The translations under genes were made by a program, and so were the position numbers. 64,000 nucleotides of DNA from Thermoanaerobaculia bacterium (GTDB lineage: Bacteria > Acidobacteriota > Thermoanaerobaculia > Multivoradales > SZUA-115): positions 307,202 through 371,201 of the forward strand of contig JAXLQX010000003.1 in NCBI GenBank assembly GCA_046331405.1, read 5' to 3'. Below the pieces are notes generated by a model that was not told where the DNA came from, did not search any database, and saw only the letters and a program-made list of their open reading frames with translations. Below are positions 40,191 through 50,537 of this stretch, piece by piece. Numbering within the stretch: position 1 is the stretch's first letter; each line of letters starts with the position of its first letter.

Positions 40191-41645
40191 TCAGCCGGCG
40201 AGCTCGGTGAGCGTCGCCTTGAGCAGGTGGTAGAAACGGGGCACGGTGGCGATCTCTACCCGCTCGTCGGGAGAGTGCGGGAACTGGATCGTCGGACCGA
40301 AGGAGATCATGTCCATGCCCGGGATGCGCTCGCCGATGAGGCCGCACTCGAGCCCGGCGTGGATCGCCCCAACCTTGGGCGCGAAGCCCAGCACCTGCTC
40401 GTGGGTGCGTTTCATCACCTCGAGCAAGTGCGAGGAGAGGTCCGGTTTCCAGCCCGGGTAGCCATCGCCCTCGGCGACGCTCGCCCCGGCGAGCCCGGCC
40501 GCCGCCCGCACCTTCTGGCGCAGGGCCAGCAGAGCGCTCGCCACCGAGCTGCGGTTGCTCAAGGCGATCGCCAGCTCGGCTCCTTGCACGGCCACGGAAG
40601 CCAGGTTGGTGCTGGTCTCGACCAGATCCGGCAGGTCGTAGCTCATCACCTGCACGCCGTGGGGCAGGGCCTCGAGCAGCTGGAGGGCACGCCGGCTCGA
40701 CTCCTCGCTCCAGGCCGCAGACGGGCAGGGCACGGCCGCGAACGTCCAGGAGAGCCCGGGGTCGGCCACGGCGATCTCGGCCGCCACAGCCCGCAGCTCA
40801 TGCTCCAGGCGGGCCTCGACCTTCGCCAGCTCGGAAGCGGGCGCCACCAGGGTGGCCCGCACCTCGCGGGGGATGGCGTTGGTCTTGTCGCCGCCGGCGA
40901 GCGCGGCGAGGCGCAAGGGAGTCTCCCGCGAGGCGGCGTGGAGGCTGCGGGCGAGGATCTTGATCGCGTTGCCTCGCTGCAGGTGGATGTCGACGCCCGA
41001 GTGCCCGCCCTTGAGCCCAAGGACGGTGATCTCGAGCGCCCCCGAGCCGGGCGCCACCGAAGTCATCTCGAGCGGCAGGCGGAGGCGGCTGTCCGCCCCG
41101 CCGGCGCAGCCCACGGTGAGCACGCCTTCTTCCTCGGAATCGAGGTTGATCAGCATCCGCCCGCGGATCAGCGCCGGGTCGAAGTTCTTGGCGCCGGTCA
41201 GGCCGCGTTCTTCGTCGATCGTGAAGAGCAGCTCGAGGGGGCCGTGGGCGAGCCCGCTCTCTTCGGTCAGGGCCAGCATCGAGGCCACCCCGATGCCGTT
41301 GTCCGAGCCCAGCGTGGTGCCATTGGCGCGCAGGAACTCGCCGGCGCGCACGGGCTGGATCGGATCCCGGTCGAAGTCGTGCTGGGTATCACGGTTCTTC
41401 TCGTTGACCATATCGAGGTGGGCCTGGAGCACCACCACCGGCGCCTGCTCACGGCCCGGGCTCGCGGGAATGGCGATCACCAGGTTGCCGGTGGCATCGC
41501 CCCGCACCTCGAGGCCACGCTTCTCGCCCACCTCGCGGACGAAGGCTCTCATGCCGCCCTCGTTGCCGGAGCCGCGGGGAATGGTGAGGATGCGGTCGAA
41601 ATGGCGCCAGAGAATCTGCGGATCGAGCTCGGAAACGAAGGTCAT
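40191..41645 (-). CDS. pepD: aminoacyl-histidine (Xaa-His) dipeptidase, M20C family
   Basis: 484 aa with HLDMV, GSDNGIG and LFTIDEERGLTGA motifs. Confidence 0.8.
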   Translation of the reverse strand: MTFVSELDPQILWRHFDRILTIPRGSGNEGGMRAFVREVGEKRGLEVRGDATGNLVIAIPASPGREQAPVVVLQAHLDMVNEKNRDTQHDFDRDPIQPVRAGEFLRANGTTLGSDNGIGVASMLALTEESGLAHGPLELLFTIDEERGLTGAKNFDPALIRGRMLINLDSEEEGVLTVGCAGGADSRLRLPLEMTSVAPGSGALEITVLGLKGGHSGVDIHLQRGNAIKILARSLHAASRETPLRLAALAGGDKTNAIPREVRATLVAPASELAKVEARLEHELRAVAAEIAVADPGLSWTFAAVPCPSAAWSEESSRRALQLLEALPHGVQVMSYDLPDLVETSTNLASVAVQGAELAIALSNRSSVASALLALRQKVRAAAGLAGASVAEGDGYPGWKPDLSSHLLEVMKRTHEQVLGFAPKVGAIHAGLECGLIGERIPGMDMISFGPTIQFPHSPDERVEIATVPRFYHLLKATLTELAG

Positions 41646-41702
41646 GGGAGGGCTCCGGAAAGCGAGGTTCGTCGACCGGTCGATGGGCCGATCAGGGCAA
41701 TG

Positions 41703-42773
41703 CTAGCCGCTTCTCGAGCCTTCTTCCAGGGGCCCCGAGCCGGCCAACGCGAAGCTCTGGGGAACCTTCGCCGGAGACCCCGGCACCTCGCGCACCAGCT
41801 TCGGCACCAGGTAGCCCGGAAGGGTCGCCGCGAGCTCGGCCATCAACGCCCGCGCGGTGTCGAGCGCCACCTCGAAATGGGCGGCCCCGGCCACCCGGTC
41901 GAGCAGGTTGAGGTAGTAGGGCAGCACGCCGGCGGCGAAGAGCCGCTTCGAGAGCTCGGCCAGGGTGGCCGCCCGGTCGTTCACGCCGGCGAGCAGCACC
42001 GCCTGGTTGAGCAGAAGGGCACCGCTGGCGCGCAGCCGGCCGAGGGCCGCGGCCACGACGCCGTCGATCTCTTGAGGATGGTTGGCGTGGATCACCACCA
42101 CCGTGGGCAGGGGCACGGCGCCGAGCCAGGCCAGCAGCTGTCGATCCACGCGGGCGGGCAGGACTACGGGTAGGCGAGTGTGGAGGCGCAGCCGCTTCAC
42201 ATGGGGAATCGCCACGATCTCCCCGACCAGGGAGGCCAGCACCTCGTCCGGCAGGGCCAGGGGATCACCGCCCGAGAGGATCACCTCCTCGACGCTCGAG
42301 TCCGCCGCGATGTACTCCAGCGCCTCCCGCCCCTGGCGGCCGCCCAGCTGCTCCTGCTGGTAGGGGAAATGCCGGCGGAAGCAGTACCGGCAGTGCACGG
42401 CACAAGCACCCGTGGTGATCAACAGCACGCGCCCGTGGTACTTGTGCAAGAGGCCCCGGCCACCCTTCGCCGCGGCCTCGTCGAGGGGGTCCGGCCCATA
42501 GCCAGCGCCTGGCTCGAGCTCCTGGCCCAGGGGCAGCACCTGGAGCAGCAGAGGGTCCTGCGGGTCGCCGGGCCGGATCCGCGCCAGATAGCTCGGCGGC
42601 ACCAGCAGGGGGAAGCTCGCGGCCGCCGCCCGCGCGGCCGGCAGCAGCTCCCCGGGCAAGGCCAGGCGGTGGAGCAGCTCGGCCGGTTCCCGCACGGCGC
42701 GGGCCAGCTCGGCGCGCCAGCCCTGGCTTGCAGAGGGCGCCTCGCTTGGCTTTTCGAGCTCTCGGGTTATCAT
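41703..42773 (-). CDS. epmB: EF-P beta-lysylation protein, lysine 2,3-aminomutase family
   Basis: Radical-SAM [11 protein letters not shown] motif of KamA/YjeK-type aminomutases. Divergent from efp. Confidence 0.8.
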   Translation of the reverse strand: MITRELEKPSEAPSASQGWRAELARAVREPAELLHRLALPGELLPAARAAAASFPLLVPPSYLARIRPGDPQDPLLLQVLPLGQELEPGAGYGPDPLDEAAAKGGRGLLHKYHGRVLLITTGACAVHCRYCFRRHFPYQQEQLGGRQGREALEYIAADSSVEEVILSGGDPLALPDEVLASLVGEIVAIPHVKRLRLHTRLPVVLPARVDRQLLAWLGAVPLPTVVVIHANHPQEIDGVVAAALGRLRASGALLLNQAVLLAGVNDRAATLAELSKRLFAAGVLPYYLNLLDRVAGAAHFEVALDTARALMAELAATLPGYLVPKLVREVPGSPAKVPQSFALAGSGPLEEGSRSG

Positions 42774-42896
42774 TTGCGGCTGCCTCCACCCCGGGTGGCA
42801 GGGAATCGTATGCCGTTTCCGCGGGCCAGGGGGCCCGGCCGGGCGACGGCGTGCCGGCTTCCCCAGGCAGCGAACCGAATTTCCGCGAGGGAACCG

Positions 42897-43466
42897 ATGG
42901 CAACATTCTCCACCAACCAGTTCAGGCCGGGCCTCAAGATCCTCCTGGACGGCGACCCCTACAGCATCGTCGAGAACGAGATGGTCAAGCCCGGCAAGGG
43001 CCAGGCCTTCAACCGGGTGCGCGTGCGCAACTTGAAGACCGGACGGGTGATCGACAAGACCTTCAAGTCCGGCGACACCGTCGAAGCGGCCGACGTGATC
43101 GAGATCGAGATGCAGTACCTCTACACCGACGGCGAGAAGTGGTACTTCATGAACCCTTCCACCTACGAGCAGGTCGAGACCGACGAGGCCGGCGTGGGGG
43201 ACGCCGGGCAGTGGCTCAAGGAGCAGGACCCTTGCTCCGTCACGCTCTGGAACGGCCTGCCGATCACCGTCACCGCCCAGGCCTTCGTCGAGCTCAAGAT
43301 CGTGCAGACCGACCCCGGCGTGCGCGGCGACACCTCGAGCGGCGGCACCAAGCCCGCCACCCTCGAGACCGGCGCCGTGGTGAAGGTGCCGCTCTTCGTC
43401 CAGGAGGGTGAAGTGATCCGGGTCGACACCCGGATCGGCGAGTACATCTCGCGCGTGGGCAAGTAG
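42897..43466 (+). CDS. efp: translation elongation factor P
   Basis: [24 protein letters not shown]...KPGKGQAF with the modifiable Lys in the KPGKGQ loop. GAGGGA lies 5 nt upstream of ATG 42897. Confidence 0.9.
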   Translation: MATFSTNQFRPGLKILLDGDPYSIVENEMVKPGKGQAFNRVRVRNLKTGRVIDKTFKSGDTVEAADVIEIEMQYLYTDGEKWYFMNPSTYEQVETDEAGVGDAGQWLKEQDPCSVTLWNGLPITVTAQAFVELKIVQTDPGVRGDTSSGGTKPATLETGAVVKVPLFVQEGEVIRVDTRIGEYISRVGK

Positions 43467-43496
43467 CCCTCCCGACCTTCACCTCCCGAGGCCGGC

Positions 43497-44480
43497 ATGG
43501 CATCGAGCCCCAGCACCGTGCCGGCCTGGCAGCCCACCGCCAGCCTCGAAAACCTCCGCCGGCGTGCCGCCCTGGCGGCCGAGATCCGCCGCTTCTTCGC
43601 TGAGCGGGGCGTGCTCGAGGTAGAGACCCCCCAGCTCGGAGCCGCTACCGTCCCCGATCTCCACCTCGCGAGCCTGGAGGTTCGCCTCGACGCCCCCGGC
43701 CTCGCCCCGACCGCCAAGTTCTACCTCCAAACCTCCCCCGAACTCGCCATGAAGCGCTTGCTCGCCGCCGGCAGCGGGCCGATCTTCCAGCTCTGCAAGG
43801 CCTATCGGAACGGCGAGGCGGGGGCCCGGCACAATCCGGAATTCACCCTGCTCGAGTGGTATCGGCCGGGCTTCGACCACCACCAGCTGATGGACGAGAT
43901 GAGCGAGCTGCTCGGCCGCACCCTCGGCGCGCCACCCGCCGAGCGCCAGAGCTACCGCGAGCTCTTCCTCGGCCGGCTCGGGCTCGATCCTCTCGAGGCC
44001 GGGCGCGAGGAGCTGAGCGCGGCGCTCACGGCTGCCGAGGTACCGGAGCCGGCCGGGCTCGACCGCGACGGCGCGCTTCAGCTGCTCCTGGCCTGTGCCC
44101 TCGAGCCCGGGCTCGGCTGGCAGCGCCCCTACTTCCTCTACGACTTCCCTCCGAGCCAGGCGGCGCTCGCCCGCATCGACCCCGGCCCGCCGCCGGTAGC
44201 CCAACGCTTCGAGGTCTACGTCCGCGGCCTCGAGCTCGCGAACGGTTTCCACGAGCTCGCCGACCCGCTCGAGCAGAGGCGCCGCTTCGAAGCCGACCTC
44301 GAAGCGCGAGCCCGCTCCGGCCTGCCCCGGGTAGCGCTCGACCAGGCCTTCCTGGCCGCCCTCGAGGCCGGCCTGCCGGCCTGCTCCGGCGTGGCTCTGG
44401 GCTTCGACCGCCTGGTGATGCTGGCGACCGGAGCGCGATCGATCGACGAGGTGCTGAGCTTCCCGATCGAGCGCGCCTGA
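43497..44480 (+). CDS. epmA: EF-P--(R)-beta-lysine ligase (class II aaRS-like, PoxA/GenX)
   Basis: Lysyl-tRNA-synthetase-like catalytic core (FQLCKAYRNGEAGARHNPEFTLLEWY). Confidence 0.85.
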   Translation: MASSPSTVPAWQPTASLENLRRRAALAAEIRRFFAERGVLEVETPQLGAATVPDLHLASLEVRLDAPGLAPTAKFYLQTSPELAMKRLLAAGSGPIFQLCKAYRNGEAGARHNPEFTLLEWYRPGFDHHQLMDEMSELLGRTLGAPPAERQSYRELFLGRLGLDPLEAGREELSAALTAAEVPEPAGLDRDGALQLLLACALEPGLGWQRPYFLYDFPPSQAALARIDPGPPPVAQRFEVYVRGLELANGFHELADPLEQRRRFEADLEARARSGLPRVALDQAFLAALEAGLPACSGVALGFDRLVMLATGARSIDEVLSFPIERA

Positions 44481-44710
44481 AGCGGGAGGAAGAGGCCCGG
44501 CGACGGCGCGGAGGGCTCGCGGATCAGCCGGTCGAGGAGCGTGATATCTTTCTGCCATCTATCGCCCGCTCGAGTCGAGCTACGATCGGAGGAGGTTCCC
44601 CGGCCATGGGCCAGGAAATTGGCTCCCGATCCACCAGGCTGATCGGCACGGCCCGTAGCCGATTGCCGGAGGCTCGTTTCCCTCGAAGGGCTGGAGGGGG
44701 AGAATTCGCC

Positions 44711-46810
44711 ATGAAGAAGCCCACGAAGTTCGGGTGGATCGCAGCCATGCTGAGCCTCGGGCTCACCTTACCCGTGCTGGCCCAGGACAGCCCTCCTGCC
44801 AAGCCAGAGGCGCAGGCCCAGACGAGCGAAGGGGATCAAGCGGCCCAGGACGAGGCCAACGTCGCCGAGACCGTGGTGGTCACCGCCTCGCGGTCCGAGC
44901 AGCGCCTCCAGGACGTGCCGGCAGCCATGACCGTGATCACCGGCGCCGAGCTCGAGAAGGCGCCGGTCGACGACTACGGCGACGTGCTGCGCAATGTGCC
45001 GGGTCTCAACGTCTCTCAGATGAGCGCCCGCGACATCCAGATCACCGGCCGGGCCGCCACCAACAGCCTGGCGGCCCAGGAGCTGGTGCTGCTCGATGGC
45101 CGCACCGTCTACCTCGACTTCTTCGGCTTCGTGATGTGGGATCTGCTGCCGGTCAACCCCCGGGACATCAAGCAGATCGAAGTGGTCCGCGGCCCCGGCA
45201 GCGCGGTCTGGGGCGCCAACGCGCTCTCCGGCGTGATCAACCTGATCACCAAATCCCCCCGCGAGTCGGCCGGCACCAGCATCATCGCCGGCGTGGGCCA
45301 ACTCTCCACTCTCTACGGCAGCGTCAGCCACGCCGGGGCGAGCGAGAAGCTGGGCTACAAGCTCTCGGCGAGCTACTACGAGCAGGACCCCTACCCCCGC
45401 CCCACCGGCCTCATCCCCGGCACTCAGACGCCCTATCCAGCGTTCAAGAACCAGGGCACCAAGCAGCCCAAGGTGGATCTGCGACTGGACTACGACCGCC
45501 AGCCCGGCGAGAAGTGGAGCGTGAGCGGCGGCTATGCCGGCACCGACGGCATCATCCACTCGGGCATCGGTCCCTTCGACATCAACAGCGGCACCTCGAT
45601 GTCCTACGGCAAGGTCTCCTGGTTCAAAAACACCCTCCAGGCCAACCTCTTCGCCAACATCTTGAACGGCGAGGCCAAGAACCTGCTGACGGTGGGCGCA
45701 GACGGCAAGCCGCTGATCCTCGGCTTCGACAGCGACACCTACAACCTCGACGTCAACAACACCAGCGTGGTGGGCAGCCACCACCTCTTCACCTACGGCG
45801 GCAACGCCCGGCACAGCGACTTCGATCTGTCGATCGCCCCCAAGGGCGACGCGCGCGACGAATACGGCGCCTTCGTGCAGGACGAGATCTCCTTCGGCTC
45901 GAACTGGCGCTGGCTGCTGGGCGGCCGCTGGGACAACATCGATCCGATCGGCTCGGTCTACTCTCCGCGCACCAGCCTGATGTGGTCCCCGACGCCGGAC
46001 CACACCTTCCGGGTCTCCTACAACCGGGCCTTCAAGGCTCCTTCGGTGGTGCAGAACTTCATCGACATCGTCATCCTGAACGCTGTCACCCTGCCCACGG
46101 GGCTCTACATCTTCCCCAGCCGGGCGGCCGGCAACCCCAAGCTCAAGGAAGAGCGCCTCGACGCCTTCGAGGTGGGCTACGTGGGCAATTTCGGCCACGC
46201 GGCCACCTTCACCCTCTCGCTCTACCGCAACAAGACCCGCGACTCGCAGGACTTTTACACCTCCGGCTACTACACCGCCGCCAACCCGCCGCCACGCTTC
46301 CCGCTGCCGGCCGTGGTGCTCAACGTGCCGCCGCCCCGCGGCCTCGCCGGGGTGCTGCCCTCGGGCTTCAACTATCGCAACATCGGCGAGATCGTGGACA
46401 AGGGCGCCGAGCTCTCGCTCAACCTGCGACCGGCGCGGGAATGGCGCCTGGGGCTCACCTACTCCTACCAGGCCGACCCGGACGTCTCCGGCATCCCCGA
46501 GAGCGAGGTCAACAAGCCGCCCCGCCATCGCGCCAACCTCGATGTCGCCTGGGATGGCCGGATGCTCTTCGCCAACACCAACATCAACTACGTCGACGAC
46601 GCCTTCTGGACCGACGTGCTCGACGCCCGCTTCCACGGCCCGACGGATGCTTTCACCCAGGTCAACGTCAGCCTGGGCGTACGGCTCCTGAGCGACCGCC
46701 TGCAGCTGTCGGTAATCGGCAGCAACATCTTCGACGAGCGGGTGCAGCAGCACGTGTTCGGCGACATCATCACCCGCAAGATCACGGCCCAGGTGCTGTT
46801 CAGCTTCTGA
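44711..46810 (+). CDS. TonB-dependent outer-membrane receptor
   Basis: Signal peptide MKKPTKFGWIAAMLSLGLTLPVLA, TonB box/plug (ETVVVTASR...VPGL), beta-barrel, C-terminal aromatic F. Confidence 0.85.
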   Translation: MKKPTKFGWIAAMLSLGLTLPVLAQDSPPAKPEAQAQTSEGDQAAQDEANVAETVVVTASRSEQRLQDVPAAMTVITGAELEKAPVDDYGDVLRNVPGLNVSQMSARDIQITGRAATNSLAAQELVLLDGRTVYLDFFGFVMWDLLPVNPRDIKQIEVVRGPGSAVWGANALSGVINLITKSPRESAGTSIIAGVGQLSTLYGSVSHAGASEKLGYKLSASYYEQDPYPRPTGLIPGTQTPYPAFKNQGTKQPKVDLRLDYDRQPGEKWSVSGGYAGTDGIIHSGIGPFDINSGTSMSYGKVSWFKNTLQANLFANILNGEAKNLLTVGADGKPLILGFDSDTYNLDVNNTSVVGSHHLFTYGGNARHSDFDLSIAPKGDARDEYGAFVQDEISFGSNWRWLLGGRWDNIDPIGSVYSPRTSLMWSPTPDHTFRVSYNRAFKAPSVVQNFIDIVILNAVTLPTGLYIFPSRAAGNPKLKEERLDAFEVGYVGNFGHAATFTLSLYRNKTRDSQDFYTSGYYTAANPPPRFPLPAVVLNVPPPRGLAGVLPSGFNYRNIGEIVDKGAELSLNLRPAREWRLGLTYSYQADPDVSGIPESEVNKPPRHRANLDVAWDGRMLFANTNINYVDDAFWTDVLDARFHGPTDAFTQVNVSLGVRLLSDRLQLSVIGSNIFDERVQQHVFGDIITRKITAQVLFSF

Positions 46811-46821
46811 GCTCTCTGCCG

Positions 46822-46845
46822 CCGGGGGGCCAGCCGGCCCCTCGG
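46822..46845. terminator. GC-rich hairpin between convergent TonB-receptor and M23 peptidase genes
   Basis: CCGGGGGGCC-agcc-GGCCCCTCGG, 9 of 10 bp paired, no U tract. Confidence 0.3.
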
Positions 46846-46854
46846 GCGCTCTCG

Positions 46855-47805
46855 CTAGAAAGGCAAAGGCTCGAAGTCCTCGTTCCCGGCTCCGGTGGGC
46901 GGGGCTTCGAGCAGACGCTCGTCGTCGTCCCACTGGTGGTCGGCCACGAAGAGCCGCGGGTCCACCGGTCGCAGCGCGCCGTCCGCGCTCCGTCGTCGCA
47001 CCTCGTAGTAGAGCTGAGGGTTGAGGCACCAGCCGGTCTTGCCCACGGTGCCCAGCGTGTCGCCCCGGCGCACGTGCTGGCCGGCGGCGACGCCCAGGGT
47101 GTCGCAGTGACCGTAGAGAGTCACCGTGCCGCCGGGATGCTCGATCGCCACCAGCTTGCCGAGCTTCCACCACACCGAGGGCCCGCCCTCCGGCAGGCTG
47201 CCGGCGAAACGCACGGTGCCATCTGCGGGCGCGCGGATGGGTGTGCCGGCGTGGGCCGCCAGGTCCACCCCGCAATGGAACTCCTCGGCCAGGGTGAACG
47301 GGTTCTTGCGCCGGCCGAAGCCGCCGGTCAGCACGAAGCTGCCCGCCGGCAGGGGCGCGATGGTGGGAGAGGTGCGCAGGCGCTCGGGCTCGCGCTCGGC
47401 CAGCTCTTCGATCTGCTCCGTCCGCCGGCCGGCGCGCCCGAGCTCTACCTCGATGCGACCGAGCAGAGCGAGCCCTCCCTCGGCGAGCTCCCGTTCCTGG
47501 CCGGGAGCGAGCTTCGAGTCCCGCTTGCGGGGCGCCGGTCCGGGCGCTGGCCGGTCGAGGCCGAGGACGAACGCGAGCTTGCCTAGGGCGAGGCTCAGCC
47601 GCTCCGAGCGGGCGTGGAACGCGTCGAGCTCCTCCACCCGGCTGCGCAGCTCGCGGCGCTCTTCGACGTTGCGGGCCCGCACCTTCTGGTCGTTGCCGGC
47701 GGCGACCAGCGAGAGGGCCGAGGGCAGGCTCAGGAGCCCGGCCAGGAGAAAGGCCAGCCAGAGCCCGAAGAGCGCCTTGGCCCAGCGCAGCTCGCGGCGG
47801 CCCAT
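46855..47805 (-). CDS. M23-family peptidase (LytM domain) with N-terminal TM and coiled-coil
   Basis: C-terminal HxxxD...H LytM pattern (FHCGVDLAAHAGTPIRAPADGTV...LYGH). Start chosen at ATG 47805 (MGRRELRWAKALFGLWLAFLLAGL); the track ORF extends further antisense into the suhB-like gene. Confidence 0.7.
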   Translation of the reverse strand: MGRRELRWAKALFGLWLAFLLAGLLSLPSALSLVAAGNDQKVRARNVEERRELRSRVEELDAFHARSERLSLALGKLAFVLGLDRPAPGPAPRKRDSKLAPGQERELAEGGLALLGRIEVELGRAGRRTEQIEELAEREPERLRTSPTIAPLPAGSFVLTGGFGRRKNPFTLAEEFHCGVDLAAHAGTPIRAPADGTVRFAGSLPEGGPSVWWKLGKLVAIEHPGGTVTLYGHCDTLGVAAGQHVRRGDTLGTVGKTGWCLNPQLYYEVRRRSADGALRPVDPRLFVADHQWDDDERLLEAPPTGAGNEDFEPLPF

Positions 47806-47903
47806 CAACAGGCGGCGCAATCGCCTGGCCGGGTTGGCGGGATGGAACTGCAGCTCGAAATACGGCTCGCTCGCCGTGGCGGCGGGAACGGGCCGGGGCT
47901 CGC

Positions 47904-48734
47904 TCACCGAGCGGCCTCGCCCCGAGGTACCAGGCGATCGAGCAGGGCTTCGCTCGCGTGATGGGCCAGAGCTGCCCTGAGCTGCTCGAAAACGCCCGGC
48001 GCCGCCGCCACCACGTTGCCACTCGCCAGGTAGCGCCGGCCGCCGTCGAGGTCGCTCACCGAGCCTCCGGCCTCTTCGATCAGCAGCGCGCCCGCCGCGA
48101 TATCCCAGGGCGAGAGGCGGAACTCGAAGAAGCCGTCGAACGCTCCGGCGGCCGTGTAAGCGAGGTCGAGGGCCGCCGCCCCGCAGCGGCGGATCGCCCG
48201 CGCCGCCAGGAAGACTTCCCGGAAGGCCGCCAGGTAGGCGTCGAGCGCCTCGTGGGCCCGATAGGGATAGCCGGTGGCGAGGAAGGCGCCCTTGAGCTCG
48301 CGCCGGCCGCTCACTTGCAAGCGCTCCCCGTTCTTGAAGGCACCGCCGCCCAGGCTGGCCGAGAACAGCTCGTCGCGCAGGGGATCGAGCACGGCCGCGG
48401 TGAGCACCGAATCGCCCCGGCGGCAGGCCACCGAGACGCAGAAGAACGGCAGGCCCTGGGTGAAGTTGGTGGTGCCGTCGAGTGGGTCGATCACCCACTC
48501 GAAGTCCTCCCGACCCGCGCTCGCCCCGCCTTCCTCGGCGAGGATGGCGTGATCGGGGAAGCGGCGGCGGATCTCCCCCACCACCGCCGCCTCGCTGTCG
48601 CGGTCGGCGCGGGTGACGAAGTCGTTCTCGGCCTTGGCCCGCACCTCGAGGTCCGCCCGGCCGTACCAGTCGAGCAGCACCCTGCCTCCCGCTCGAGCGG
48701 CGAGGAGGGTGGTGTCGAGGAGCGTCGGCAGCAT
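47904..48734 (-). CDS. suhB: inositol monophosphatase family protein
   Basis: IMPase motifs (DPLDGTTNF, WDIAAG). Confidence 0.8.
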   Translation of the reverse strand: MLPTLLDTTLLAARAGGRVLLDWYGRADLEVRAKAENDFVTRADRDSEAAVVGEIRRRFPDHAILAEEGGASAGREDFEWVIDPLDGTTNFTQGLPFFCVSVACRRGDSVLTAAVLDPLRDELFSASLGGGAFKNGERLQVSGRRELKGAFLATGYPYRAHEALDAYLAAFREVFLAARAIRRCGAAALDLAYTAAGAFDGFFEFRLSPWDIAAGALLIEEAGGSVSDLDGGRRYLASGNVVAAAPGVFEQLRAALAHHASEALLDRLVPRGEAAR

Positions 48735-48773
48735 GGGGGGACGAGAGGCCGGAACCGTGGCGAGCGGATTATT

Positions 48774-50537
48774 TCATTTCAAGCGGGAGAAGAAGCGACG
48801 AACCTCCCCCTCGGCCGGCCGGGAGAGGAACCGGAAATCCGGCCGATCGGCCACCGGCTCCTGGCTGAAGGCCTTCCACACGAACACACCCTTGAGCCAG
48901 CGCTCGCCCTCGAGGGCCTCGAAAAGAGCGCGATAGGAAGCCGCCTGGTCCGCTTCCGAGAGCTCTCCGCCCTCCTCGAAGGGAGCGGTCCAAGCGGCTT
49001 TGCGGGCGGCGAAGCCGACCTCGGTCAACAGCAGCGGCTTGCCGGCGCGGGTCGCGGCGGCGCCCAGGCGGGCCACCACGGCGCGCGCCCCCTCCCGAAG
49101 CTGCCCGGGGCTCGCCGAGGCTTCCGAGCTCAGCGGGTAGTAGGCGTCGATCCCCATGGCGTCGAGCTCGGCCCAGAACGGCACCGCCTCGAGCCCGCCG
49201 TACCAGTTCGCGGCATAGACCAGCCGCCCCCCGTAGAGGCGCCGCACGTCGGCGATCAGCCGTCGCCAGTCTTCGGTATGGCCGAGCGTACCGTCGAGCT
49301 CGACGCCCAGGCAGAGCATCTCGGCTCCCGCCCAGCCGGCGAGCATCGCGTGGTGCAGCAGGAAACGACGGTAGGACGCCCACCACGCGGCCCAGCTCCC
49401 GGGATCCCCGTACTGGAGCGCACCCGGCCAACTGCCGTGCACCCAGATCTGCGGCTTCCACAGCACCTGCATGCCTCGAGCGTGCGCGCAGCGGCTGGTG
49501 TGGACGCAGCCGATGTCGGTCTCCGCCCAGGGCGAGCCGGTGAAGAAGCGCAGATGCGTCTCGCCGGGGCCTCGCTGGCCGGCGAACGGCATGATCGACA
49601 CCGCGTTCGCCCCGAGCGCCGAAAGTCGGGCCAGGCTCTGGTCTGCCACGGGTGCGTGGTAGCCGCCTTCCACCGAGTTCAACATGGCGAAGCTCACCCC
49701 TCGCCAGGGCGAACCCGACCAGGAACCCGCCGTCGCCCGCGGCGGCTCCCGCCGCTCCGGCCCCCGAGCCTCGCCGAGGCGGGCCAACTCGCGCGCCACG
49801 CGCGCTGGGTCAAGCGGAGCGGCGAGCTTCTCGGCGAGCGTTCGCCCCGGCAGGGCCTCCACCAGCGCCGCCGCCACCGGAGTGGCCACCAGGCCCGAGC
49901 TATCCCCTCGCGGCTCGGAAGCCAGCAGCTCCGAGGCCGCGGGCAGGGCATCCGCCGCCACCAGGTCCGGCACCCAGGCGGAGAACGGCCGGCCGTACCA
50001 GTCCCGGGAAAGCCACAAGGCCGCGCCATCCCGCAGCGGTGGCGGCAGCGAGAGGCCCGCCGGCAGGCGATCCACCAGCAGCCGGGCCAGCGCGAAACGG
50101 TAGCCAGGCAGGTCCTCGGGGTGAACCACCAGCACCAGATCCGCCCCACCCGCGGGACCCGCCACCGCCTCCCCCACCCGGCCGGTCAGCTCGGCCTGGG
50201 CCGTGTAGTCCGCTACCTCTTGGATCGTGATCGAAGTCGGAAGCGCAGCAGGAACCCGCCCCGCCATCTCCACCAGAGCCCGCTCGAGCTCCGCCCGTAG
50301 CGCCTCCCGGCTCGAAACGTCGCCTCCCGGCGCGGGGCGGAGGAGGACTGCCCGAGTGCCTGGTGCCGCCGCGGCGGGCTCAGCCGGTCGCCCCCTCGCG
50401 CCGGAAACCAGCAACCACGCTAGTGGCGCGGCCAGGCCGGCCAGGACCAAGAGCCGGCCCTTCGGGCCAGAACCTCCACCCGCAGCCACTTCTAACTCCC
50501 CCGGAGGAAGGCGAGGAGCGATCTCGCGCTGGGGCAC
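48774..50537 (-). CDS. putative secreted glycoside hydrolase (TIM-barrel C-terminal domain, N-terminal about 330 aa unknown)
   Basis: C-terminal region (YYPLSSEAS...LLLTEVGFAA...WLKGVFVWKAF) resembles GH5/GH26/GH113-type hydrolases. The likely true start is TTG 50450, giving signal peptide MVLAGLAAPLAWLLVSGA. Confidence 0.45.
   Translation of the reverse strand: MPQREIAPRLPPGELEVAAGGGSGPKGRLLVLAGLAAPLAWLLVSGARGRPAEPAAAAPGTRAVLLRPAPGGDVSSREALRAELERALVEMAGRVPAALPTSITIQEVADYTAQAELTGRVGEAVAGPAGGADLVLVVHPEDLPGYRFALARLLVDRLPAGLSLPPPLRDGAALWLSRDWYGRPFSAWVPDLVAADALPAASELLASEPRGDSSGLVATPVAAALVEALPGRTLAEKLAAPLDPARVARELARLGEARGPERREPPRATAGSWSGSPWRGVSFAMLNSVEGGYHAPVADQSLARLSALGANAVSIMPFAGQRGPGETHLRFFTGSPWAETDIGCVHTSRCAHARGMQVLWKPQIWVHGSWPGALQYGDPGSWAAWWASYRRFLLHHAMLAGWAGAEMLCLGVELDGTLGHTEDWRRLIADVRRLYGGRLVYAANWYGGLEAVPFWAELDAMGIDAYYPLSSEASASPGQLREGARAVVARLGAAATRAGKPLLLTEVGFAARKAAWTAPFEEGGELSEADQAASYRALFEALEGERWLKGVFVWKAFSQEPVADRPDFRFLSRPAEGEVRRFFSRLK

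Noticed and set aside
42774-42896. Palindrome-like CTGCCTCCACCCCGGGTGGCAGG in the epmB/efp divergent region
   Set aside because: The arms are imperfect (CTGCC...GGCAGG with a CCACCCCGGGTGG core that is not self-complementary). It is indistinguishable from chance GC-rich symmetry.
43856-44710. N-terminal 285-codon extension of the TonB receptor ORF
   Set aside because: It has no signal peptide at its start and is low-complexity (R/P/A-rich). The signal peptide begins at M 44711.
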